Shown here: piece by piece, positions 12,933 through 24,204 of the stretch
Layout of the letters: every line of letters starts with the position of its first letter
How positions within the stretch are numbered: the stretch's first letter is position 1
Source: Macrostomum hystrix
Taxonomy: Eukaryota > Animalia > Platyhelminthes
Direction of reading: 5' to 3'
Assembly: GCA_950097015.1 (NCBI GenBank)
Contig: CATNEN010000038.1
Span: 25,172,001 to 25,236,000, forward strand
Length of the DNA stretch: 64,000 nucleotides
Program-made: the position numbers and the translations under genes
The notes under the pieces: model-generated
The model's input: the letters and a program-made list of their open reading frames with translations, nothing else
Databases searched by the model: none
What the model was told of the DNA's origin: nothing

Positions 12933-13077
12933 AAGATGAAGTCTTGTTCCCAGGTTGGCGCTAGGCCGCGCGCGCTAGTTGTGCTCGACTTGGCGCCCAG
13001 CAGACGGAGGCTGACGTAGGCCCCGCAGTGTCCGGCTGTCGCATCGGTGGAGTTGGTGGCTATGATGGCGCGTCGGA
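12933..13077 (-). CDS. unc-13: Unc-13/Munc13-type C2A domain, N-terminal exon (VRRAI...AYVSLRLLGAKSSTTSARGLAPTWEQDFI)
   Basis: tttcgtttag| acceptor, |gtaagc donor; matches Munc13 VKKAK...[30 protein letters not shown]. The first coding exon was not located. Confidence 0.78.
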
Positions 13078-15564
13078 CTAAACGAAAGAAATTATAAATT
13101 TGTGAAATCATTAATAAGCAAAACGAAGAGACTATTTTTTACAGCTTTTGTGGAGAACTAAGGAACAGAGGAAGAGAACAATTAAAGTAATTAAATTTAT
13201 CTCATTTATTTGTATGTCAATACTTTTTTATTTAATATTTAGTTTAATTTAAGATGCAGGAAATTCCAAGTTATATTTTCAGATTTCTTACTTAAGTCTA
13301 AATCATAAAAGTTACCAAGCTTATTTGATAATGTAATTTATTTTGCATTGTTACATTATAACATTATAAACTATAAAACTATTAAAAAAAGAAAAAGAAA
13401 AATATTTTTTTTCTATTTTCTATTTTATGAATATAAGCATTTATGGAATTACTTGAATAAAAATACGACTTTCGAAACTATGAAGTTCATATAGCAAGAA
13501 GAAACTATAGAACTAATAATATTATATGGTAATAATTTTGCAAGAATACTCACTTAACAAACTGTTATAATCAATGCAACATTACATGTAAAAGTTAATG
13601 CTTGTATTTAACAATTTTTAAGCAATGATACTTAGTTAAAAACAACATGCTATTACCTGTTTTCATTTTTTTTCACTGGTGAGTTTTTTAATTTAAACTA
13701 ATTATGAAATGCCAGCGAAAGACAAAAGACTAGCGTAACTAAAATAAAAAATATCAAACATTCCACGCCATGTAATTTCAATAAAAATGAAGCAAATAAC
13801 ATGGGAGATACGACAAGTTTAAAATGATATCTCTTACCACAAACGCATATTAAAGTCATGATGGGAACAGATTTAGAGCGCAGTACAATTTTTGCGCTTG
13901 ACTCATGTTGCACTACTCCCAACCTTTTAATGAATGTAGAATATAACGCATCAAATACAAGGCTTTAAATAGTGATAAACGAAGAGAGAACACACCTCAC
14001 GCGCAGTTCGATGAACTCTAATCGAGAGCTCATCGGTTCAAAAAGGACACCGAAATAAATTATCGCGCTAAATAGTTTTTCTTCATTATTCTTGTTTATT
14101 ACTTAGTTTGTTGGCATTCAAAATAAATCATTTCCTTGTTCAAATTTCAAGGATTACTTTACTTTTTAGTATTACTTTAATTTTGTTTGAAATAAGGATA
14201 TAATCACGAAAACATTCGGACCGTTAAAACTCTAAAACGGAAAAAACACATAATTGCAGCATCTGGCTAAAGAAAGGGTTAGATAATATATAAATATGCT
14301 TCTATCTCGATAACCAGTTCTGGATGATTGTATAGCTGCACCTGGTCCAGCTAGGGATGATGAGGCGCTCCCTGGAGTTAAAATACTGATACTCATGTGC
14401 TGAACAAGAACTCTGATAGCTCGAAATCGCGCAAAAGCTGCAGCAATAGGTGTAACCGGTGTGATTGCGTAATAGCTCATTAATAATGATTTCGCTAATT
14501 AGTTAGCACAATTAGTTATAAAATTAAACGTTTTTAGAACTTGTTGCGTGTTTAGAGAAATAATATTTTTAAATATAGTGAAAAGTGCCTGAGAATTCAC
14601 GTAAAAAAGGGAAAATTAGACGTCAGAAGCTCGTCAAGCCTTAGAGAACCATAGAAATGCTAAGCGGAGGAGGGAGGGGCGTTTAATTTCATGGGTCTCA
14701 ACTACGTGTGGGTACCGATCGTCATCGTCACGTGTTCTGGCTTCACAAAATACTCCCAACGTCTCCCGACTTGAAACAAGACCAAAAAACAATTATAGAG
14801 AAAATTTGTCAAGACTTTAAGTTTGTATAATAGACGTTCGGCATATAAAAGTCCAAGTTCCAATTCTAATTAACGTAGGCTTATACTTTAAGTAGTATAT
14901 ATAATTGCTAGCGCAAAAAATATAATTTCATGAACATACATTGTACGACGTATATATTTAATGAATCCATAAAAGTACTCTTTATCCTGAATGCACTCAA
15001 GTTCCGAAGATAAAAGACAATTTTCCAAAGAATTTATTAATTTACGCGAGCCGAGCTTTAGAGTTTGTCATTCACGGTTCAATAAGTCAGAATTGCCCTT
15101 ACCAGTTCTCATTTCAAGCTTCATTATCTCTAGAAAGAGAAATCCTGCTATAGTTTACCAACTAATATCATAAAAAGGACGGAAAAAATGAAAGAAAATA
15201 TAGTGAGTATAATAGCTTTGATATTGTCTACGACAGCGCGGAGGTTCTTGAGCCTACGAGAGTATATCGCTTTGAAGCAGGATTGCCAACACAAAGAAAA
15301 CCTCGGAACAGAAGATAAACAAACAAATATTGGTTATTAAAAAGCGCACGGATATATTACGTATGTGGAGGCACGTACTCACACGAATGAGTAAATAATA
15401 GGTTCTTTGTTCTTAGACTGCTCAAAATCAAGGATCCACTTGTAGAAACGATCCTTGAATTAAACTGCATCTAATCTTTTTTTTCGCTTTTACTGATTTT
15501 AGATCTATAAAAAAATTATTTTACAATCGTAATTAAGAAAACATTTAGAATGCAATTTTTAAAA

Positions 15565-16055
15565 AATCCATGAGTATCAATCACACAAATCCATTAGTAC
15601 CACTCACACAAATCCATTAGTACCACTCACACAAATCCATGAGTATCAATCACACAAATCCATTAGTACCACTCACACAAATCCATGAGTATCAATCACA
15701 CAAATCCATTAGTACCACTCACACAAATCCATTAGTACCACTCACACAAATCCATTAGTACCACTCACACAAATCCATTAGTACCACTCACACAAATCCA
15801 TTAGTACCACTCACACAAATCCATTAGTACCACTCACACAAATCCATTAGTACCACTCACACAAATCCATTAGTACCACTCACACAAATCCATCAGTACC
15901 ACTCACACAAATCCATTAGTACCACTCACACAAATCCATTAGTACCACTCACACAAATCCATGAGTACCACTCACACAAATCCATTAGTACCACTCACAC
16001 AAATCCATGAGTATCAATCACACAAATCCATTAGTACCACTCACACAAATCCATG
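15565..16055. repeat. Minisatellite, 23-bp unit (CACACAAATCCATTAGTACCACT)
   Basis: About 21 copies. Confidence 0.95.
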
Positions 16056-16864
16056 ATTAGTACCCTCTGGTCCATGTTAGAACTCTAATCCATAGGTTAT
16101 CACGGCCCTGAATATCCACTAAGTTACTGTCAATGCATATAAGTTAGGATTAAAAATCCTAATGCGAAGTGTCAGTCAGAACGCAATAATATGAGACATT
16201 ACTAGATTATTAAATATTCGTGATTACTAATAGAAGAAAATGTTTACCTATTAATTTTACAGAATTATATGCTGATCTAGTCAGCTAGACTCACCGTACA
16301 TTAATTATAATTATCACCTGTGCCAGTGCAAAATAACTGAAATTTTTTTTTCCTTTCAAGAATGACGTCTCACAGCGTTTGCCCCAGTGTGATTAATTGA
16401 AGAAGCAAGGAAATCTGAGAAACAAGGCAAAACTGACAAACCAACTATTTTAATCAGAGCTATAGCAGTCTCCTATACACCTTCATCCCACCTACGCACG
16501 CGAGACTGCTGCCTGTCTGCTCCGAGCAGGGAAAAACGGGCATCGACAAGACTCCGAGTCGCTTGAGAGGCTTCTCTCCAAGTCAATCCTATATTATTTT
16601 CAAGCCAGCATAGATGTCGTCATGCACTGCAGAACAGCTGGCTACTGAATAGACAAATGAGAGATAATGTAGAATGAAAGCGAATGAAAAGAGCTTTAAC
16701 TAAAGGCATTCCCAAAATTATATTTCAGACTGTATTAAAACTAACCTGTGCTGGGGCGGCATTGTTGAGACCCGGCGAAATTTCTATTTAAATAGAATCG
16801 CAAATCGATAAATGAAACAACCGAGAAAGCGACAGCGGACCGCATTCACTGTAGAAATATGAGA

Positions 16865-19570
16865 TAGGAGAGAGATGAGACACATGAGAAATGGCACACT
16901 GGATGGATGAGACAGGAGAGAGATGAGACACATGAGAATTGGCACACGGGATGGATCAGACACATGGGAAATGGCACACTGGATGGATCAGACACATGGG
17001 AAATGGCACACTGGATGGATCAGACACATGGGAAATGGCACACTGGATGGATCAGACAGGAGAGAGATGAGACACATGAGAAATGGCACACTGGATGGAT
17101 CAGACAGGAGAGAGATGAGACACATGAGAAATGGCACACGGGATGGATCAGACACATGGGAAATGGCACACTGGATGGATCAGACACATGGGAAATGGCA
17201 CACTGGATGGATCAGACACATGGGAAATGGCACACTGGATGGATCAGACAGGAGAGAGATGAGACACATGAGAAATGGCACACGGGATGGATCAGACACA
17301 TGGGAAATGGCACACTGGATGGATCAGACACATGGGAAATGGCACACTGGATGGATCAGACACATGGGAAATGGCACACTGGATGGATCAGACACATGGG
17401 AAATGGCACACTGGATGGATCAGACAGGAGAGAGATGAGACACATGAGAAATGGCACACGGGATGGATCAGACAGGAGAGAGATGAGACACATGGGAAAT
17501 GGCACACTGGATGGATTAGACAGGAGAGAGATCAGACACATGAGAAATGGCACACTGGATGGATCAGACAGAAGAGAGATGAGACACATGAGAAATGGCA
17601 CACTGGATGGATGAGACAGGAGAGAGATGAGACACATGAGAAATGGCACTCTGGATGGATGAGACAGGAGAGAGATGAGACACATGAGAAATGGCACACG
17701 GGATGGATGAGACAGGAGAGAGATCAGACACATGAGAAATGGCACACTGGATGGATCAGACAGGAGAGAGATGAGACACATGAGAAATGGCACACTGGAT
17801 GGATGAGACAGGAGAGAGATGAGACACATGAGAAATGGCACTCTGGATGGATGAGACAGGAGAGAGATGAGACACATGAGAAATGGCACACGGGATGGAT
17901 GAGACAGGAGAGAGATCAGACACATGAGAAATGGCACACTGGATGGATCAGACAGGAGAGAGATGAGACACATGAGAAATGGCACACTGGATGGATGAGA
18001 CAGGAGAGAGATGAGACACATGAGAAATGGCACACTGGATGGATGAGACAGGAGAGAGATGAGACACATGAGAAATGGCACACGGGATGGATCAGACACA
18101 TGGGAAATGGCACACTGGATGGATCAGACACATGGGAAATGGCACACTGGATGGATCAGACAGGAGAGAGATGAGACACATGGGAAATGGCACACTGGAT
18201 GGATCAGACAGGAGAGAGATGAGACACATGGAAAATGGCACACTGGATGGATCAGACAGGAGAGAGATGAGACACATGGAAAATGGCACACTGGATGGAT
18301 CAGACAGGAGAGACATCAGACACCTGGGAAATGGCACACTGGATGGATCAGACAGGAGAGAGATCAGACACCTGGGAAATGGCACACTGGATGGATCAGA
18401 CAGGAGAGAGATCAGACACCTGGGAAATGGCACACTGGATGGATCAGACAGGAGAGAGATGAGACACATGGGAAATGGCACACTGGATGGATCAGACAGG
18501 AGAGAGATGAGACACATGGGAAATGGCACACTGGATGGATCAGACAGGAGAGAGATGAGACACATGGGAAATGGCACACTGGATGGATCAGACAGGACAG
18601 AGATCAGACACCTGGGAAATGGCACACTGGGTGGATCAGACAGGAGAGAGATCAGACACCTGGGAAATGGCACACTGGGTGGATCAGACAGGAGAGAGAT
18701 AAGACACCTGGGAAATGGCACACTGGATGGATCAGACAGGAGAGAGATCAGACACCTGGGAAATGGCACACTGGATGGATCAGACAGGAGAGAGATAAGA
18801 CACCTGGGAAATGGCACACTGGATGGATCAGACAGGAGAGAGATCAGACACCTGGGAAATGGCACACTGGATGGATCAGACAGGAGAGAGATCAGACACC
18901 TGGGAAATGGCACACTGGATGGATCAGACAGGAGAGAGATGAGACACCTGGGAAATGACACACTGGATGGATCAGACAGGAGAGAGATGAGACACATGGG
19001 AAATGGCACACTGGATGGATCAGACAGGAGAGAGATCAGACACCTGGGAAATGGCACACTGGATGGATCAGACAGGAGAGAGATCAGACACCTGGGAAAT
19101 GGCACACTGGGTGGATCAGACAGGAGAGAGATCAGACACCTGGGAAATGGCACACTGGGTGGATCAGACAGGAGAGAGATAAGACACCTGGGAAATGGCA
19201 CACTGGATGGATCAGACAGGAGAGAGATCAGACACCTGGGAAATGGCACACTGGATGGATCAGACAGGAGAGAGATGAGACACATGGGAAATGGCACACT
19301 GGATGGATCAGACAGGAGAGAGATGAGACACATGGGAAATGGCACACTGGATGGATCAGACAGGAGAGAGATCAGACACCTGGGAAATGGCACACTGGAT
19401 GGATCAGACAGGAGAGAGATCAGACACCTGGGAAATGGCACACTGGGTGGATCAGACAGGAGAGAGATCAGACACCTGGGAAATGGCACACTGGGTGGAT
19501 CAGACAGGAGAGAGATCAGACACCTGGGAAATGGCACACTGGGTGGATCAGACAGGAGAGAGATAAGACC
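16865..19570. repeat. Minisatellite, 48-bp unit with 32-bp sub-unit (GACAGGAGAGAGATGAGACACATGGGAAATGGCACACTGGATGGATCA)
   Basis: About 60 units; the 16-aa periodic ORFs on both strands are artefacts. Confidence 0.97.
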
Positions 19571-19806
19571 GAGCAGAGATGGGATGTGACAGATGAAACA
19601 GGATAATAAATTGGTAACAATTTTGGGGCTTCGAGGGACGCATCTGGCCTGCGGACCGGAGTTCGTCGACCCCCTGGCACTAATTAATCGGTTAGAACCC
19701 CCGACCTGTTGCTAAAATTACCTTTTTGCCACAATATTCTTCATCAGATGTGACACAATGCGTCAACAACACTGCCAAACAGTACTGCAATTCAATCACC
19801 TTAACC

Positions 19807-20270
19807 GTAGAAAAACCACGGGGGTATTTCTAATTTCAAATCAAACAACTTCTTGAAACACAAAACATCGGCATTATCGAGATATTCAACGATTCTAGTC
19901 GTGGTGTCTGGCGGCAAAAAACCACAAAAATTGGCAACATTTTTCTGCTTACAAAATTTTATCAAGTAACCAAGTTGCTACGAATTTTTACTATGCTGAT
20001 TATATTGTTAATTTATACAATTTGGAACCGGTATTGAGTCGAGGTTTATGCTGAGCAATGCTATTTGTTCTTGTCACCAGGGTATTCGATAAGAATCGTT
20101 GAATATCTCGACGATGCAGGCTTGTACGGCCTTGAAAGTTGGTTCATCGTAAAAGGCGGAAAATTTTTATTCACATATTGGACTTTCACGAAAATCGGTT
20201 ATTCGGTCTGGGAGCTATTGTTATGTAGGCAGTGGTCTTTCCCCACGGGGAGAAAAGTGTGGTATTTCTA
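19807..20270. mobile_element. Non-autonomous DNA-transposon-like interspersed repeat
   Basis: Short imperfect terminal IR (TAGAAAAACCAC / GTGGTATTTCTA), internal IR (TCGAGATATTCAACGATTC / GAATCGTTGAATATCTCGA); a second copy lies at 48526-49326. Confidence 0.65.
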
Positions 20271-20863
20271 TTGTTGATTATCGATGTCAGGGAGATGCTC
20301 GATGCCATCAGCCAAGTGAAGTTCACGAGAAATAAATCACAGAGATCCGTTAACTTTGCCACTAGTTGTGTCGAAAGCCTTAATCGCGAGCTAGTTTCCA
20401 AAAAAGTCAAAACAGTTTTCTCTATAGTTTTTAACAGCATCACGATCAACTAATGTGCACTCTGTCCTACGAAAACAAATCAAAGACACGCAAACAGCTT
20501 ACTGTAGTGCCTGAGTTTCTCAGGTCGACTGCTCGTCAAGGCCGTTGTGTTCGAAGCCGATTTGTTTGGCTTGGCCTTGGCCGTCTAACACTCCTCCCCC
20601 CTCCCTGCTCAGGCTGCCCTGTGCCGCCATCTGATTGGCAGGGCGCGGGCCTTGTCTGTCAACCCTTACCCCAGTCCTGCGTGGCTTTGCCCCTCCCGCC
20701 AATCAGCTCTGTGTTGCTCTGCAACCCTACCCCTCCCTGCGCGCTGGTGGCTTGACTATGTGCACGGCCTCCCCTGTCTGCCCCCCTTGCTGCCCATTTT
20801 TTTTCTCATTATCTGCCCGTGCCTGGGCAACCACGCTAGCTCCGGCGAACTTAAAGATCCGGT

Positions 20864-20914
20864 CTGTAAAGACGGTCTTTTACGAGCTACTGCGAAGTCT
20901 CAAGTTATTGCATA
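20864..20914 (+). other. Spliced-leader-like sequence (orphan/degenerate SL exon)
   Basis: CTGTAAAGACGGTCTTTTACGAGCTACTGCGAAGTCTCAAGTTATTGCATA resembles the Macrostomum SL as I recall it (CCGTAAAGACGGTCTCTTACTGCGAAGACTCAATTTATTGCATG). No adjacent GT donor or Sm site. Confidence 0.6.
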
Positions 20915-22968
20915 CCTGCCATCCTGCGTTCCGACCGGTAAGCGCTGCATTCGTGTCTTTCCTTTCGGAGTGCCAGGCCTGTACGGAGTACAGCTCAAGT
21001 AATATAGCTCAAAATTGAAACCTGCAGTTGTAACTGGATTGTATAATAGGGCGATTTAAATTTGCCTGCATCGATTGTAAATCAAGTAAAACAAACTTGC
21101 AAAAATAAAGAATTTTATTTGGTGGCTCATTGTGCGTTTGGAAATAAATAGTGGTGCTCCTACTTCAGACCTTCCTGAATTTCCCCACAAGGTGAACCTT
21201 CTATTGTCGGATTTTCTCTTGGCATTGTCAAATTTACTCTTGGAATTTTCTCCTCACTACAATTTCTTGACGCTCAGCAATGCTCTCGCTCAGTTACTGA
21301 TCCCAATACTGCGTAGTGAAACAATTTTCCTGAGTGGATAAGTGACTGATGATTGGCACGCCGCTGCTGGGACAAGGCGTAGACACAGCACGCACAAGAC
21401 ACACCACCCTCCAGACTTGACTTTCTACTCACGATCTGCGCGCTCATCGCCACACTGCTCCTCGGTGTATGGGGAATTGAGAAATTGAGCACTCTTCTCA
21501 TTTACTCAGATTATATGGCCTCGCAGATAGCGATAGACGTAATTCTCCCAAACAGAGACAGTCCGTGAGTTATCACCCGGTGCACACAAGAAACAGACAT
21601 AAGAGATGGCTCAATTTGATCCCTTACAGCGAGCGTGCTGGCTGTGTGGTGTTCATCCCCTTTCCAAGACCAGCGTTCCTCTTACTTCCTCCGGCAAATC
21701 AAATGAAGCAGGCCTTCCTATCCATTTTCTCAGAATGTGCTACCATCCGGCTCTTCTCTCGACCCGCCGATCAGAAAGCCACCCCCCGCCACCAACTAAT
21801 TACGATGCCGCCCTGCAACCAAGCTCGGTCGTATCCTGGAGCAACCCAGGCAAACTGTACGGGTGAGATAAAAGCAGACAAAGTCAACTGCGTCCCTTCA
21901 GGAAGTAGTATCATTTTTTAGTATAGCGGCGAGAAGCAACGAGAAAGGTCTAAAAAGGTGAGAGGCAGGGGTCGAAAAGTTCATAAAGCTAATTTCATCG
22001 AATGACTAAAAGGCAACGTTTTTGGAGTGAGTTTTTTCACTTCCTTTGACTAATTGCGATTTGAAATTTAGGATTTCTCGACTCTAGCCTCCGTCAGAAT
22101 AAATTACTGTCGGGTCAGACGAAAAGTTTAAATAGCATTTTAATGACATCTAGAGGGAATTATTTTTGCTTGGAGAACAGTGCTCAATACTTATCGACAC
22201 ATTTTAAGGGTCCATAAAGGTTAAAATTGAAAAATGTAAGTACTCTAAATGGGTTTCCCGTAACATTTTAAAATAGTGCCCTAAATCGTGCCAATTAGAA
22301 ACCGAAAACGAGGTCCATTACTTATTAAAGTGTGGTTGGATTAGGTGTAGATTCTCGCCGTAAAGATTTTGATCGCTATATTACCATATCGCCATAAGTC
22401 CATGGACTGGACATCTGTACATAGCCTTCAGATGTACCGCGCAATAGCTGCGGCTGTGCTGTTGGCTGCACATCTGACCCAATTTAGGACAAGTGCAATA
22501 AATTATTTATATTCTTATTTTTGTTGTTTTTATCGACCATTCCATGAGTCAAGAATTTTCTGTTCCGTGATATTTTATGATATGTAATAAAGAGTTTTAT
22601 TTGTTCACGCTTGATTGGGACTCGAGTCGGCGACTAACAGCAGCAGCAGCTCGGGCACGCAATCTCTTAGAGGTGAAAGTATATTTTTGGTAAGCTTATC
22701 AGATGCCTTTGTTATTGGAGAACAGACGGTAGGCCAGACGAATGGCACTTACTCTAGCCAAAACGTTCTGCCCGGCTCCACCAGACAGGGCACACCTCAT
22801 TGGCTATCTCCTGATCCCCTCCTCACAAATCAGCTGGGAGAGAAAGTCTAGATCCCAATTCAACGCCCCAAATAGGAGCGCTTGAGGGAAAACAAATTCT
22901 CTAATGAAAAGAAGAGCTTAATTCGTCCAGCGCTGTCGCAGTGAAAAACGATTGAGAACATTGGCACC

Positions 22969-24204
22969 ATGTTCGAAGGAACGTTTGTCAGCAGGCAGTA
23001 CCCATTGAGTAGTAATGTCTGCGCTATAATTCGTTGGAAGCTGAGCAACTTGAGCCGCGACGATCAGTACCTGGATCAGTCGTGTAACGAGCGAGACGTC
23101 AGCATGTCCACTACCTTCCTGCCCGTGAGCCTACTCGGCATAGTGCTCAGCCTCTTTAGCGCCATCATTTTCCTTGGTCAGCGCAGGCGAACATCGTTTC
23201 GCACAAGCCTAGTAGCGCTGTCACTGGCTACCAGCGGCTACATGCTGTTCACGTCCGTCGACTTCATCAACGTTCTGTCAGGCGCCTGCTTCTACTGGCG
23301 AGAGCCGCAGCGTCGGGCCCAAGTTTTGATAGCCGCCGTTGCATGCCTCCTCTGCGACTGCCTTCTCTGCTTGCGCAACTGGTGCAACCTGCTGATGACT
23401 GCCCAGCGCACCGAAGCCCTGATCTTTCCACTGCGAGTCAGAAAGATACTCAACAAGCGGAACTTTGTCGCGACGTTATTGATTTTGTTCCTATTGTTTT
23501 TACCGATGTCTTTGGTGCGCTCGTTCGCCGAATTCATGGTGATCTGTAGCGACTCTCGGAGCAGCTACGCCATTGTTGGTTACCCGCTGGATCTGGAGGA
23601 CGAGGACGCCAAACCGAACCTGATTGGCCTGAAGCACCGGTACAGTCATCTAATTCTGCACAACTGGTTTTACTATTACGAGTCCTACGTGTTCTTTGCT
23701 GTTCAGACAGTGATCCCCGTCACCTGCGTCATGGCCTTCTCTGTGGCCATCTCAGTAACCATGCTGCGAAATCGTGGTGTAGCCGGCGAGGCAGCGGCGG
23801 CGCCGGCGGCCACCTCGCAGAGTAAGCGGAACAAGGCGCGCGCGAGTCGCACCGTCCTATGCTTGGCTATTATCTTCAGCGCCCTGCAGATGCCAAGCTA
23901 TCTGGGACACCTGCTGCAGGCTAGCGGCGCTCTGAAGACTTCGATTCTGTCAGAGAACAAGGCGTTTCAGTTTGTGGCCGAGCTGTCTCTGTTCTTGGAT
24001 TCAATCTTCAACATGTTTGTTTACGCCTATTTTGTTCCGGATTTTAAACAATTCTTCTTGCGAAACTGGCTACGTCTCACCTGTCGCGAGCAGCCGGAAT
24101 TGCGACGCCTGCCGCCAGCGCTCAGCAGCGACTACAGCCGTCGGGTGGTTGACAGCACAGCGGAGGCTAGGGCACTGCGTTTGGTCGTCAGAACAGACGG
24201 ATGA
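22969..24204 (+). CDS. Intronless class A (rhodopsin-like) orphan peptide-type GPCR, 411 aa
   Basis: Seven hydrophobic segments; LVALSLAT (TM2), AQRTEALIFPLR at the DRY position, IP in TM5, QMP in TM6, DSIFNMFVY...F in TM7/helix 8. Confidence 0.85.
   Translation: MFEGTFVSRQYPLSSNVCAIIRWKLSNLSRDDQYLDQSCNERDVSMSTTFLPVSLLGIVLSLFSAIIFLGQRRRTSFRTSLVALSLATSGYMLFTSVDFINVLSGACFYWREPQRRAQVLIAAVACLLCDCLLCLRNWCNLLMTAQRTEALIFPLRVRKILNKRNFVATLLILFLLFLPMSLVRSFAEFMVICSDSRSSYAIVGYPLDLEDEDAKPNLIGLKHRYSHLILHNWFYYYESYVFFAVQTVIPVTCVMAFSVAISVTMLRNRGVAGEAAAAPAATSQSKRNKARASRTVLCLAIIFSALQMPSYLGHLLQASGALKTSILSENKAFQFVAELSLFLDSIFNMFVYAYFVPDFKQFFLRNWLRLTCREQPELRRLPPALSSDYSRRVVDSTAEARALRLVVRTDG

Noticed and set aside
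16907-19589. 235-504 aa repetitive ORFs
   Set aside because: Translation of a 48-bp satellite; frames shift with 32-bp units.
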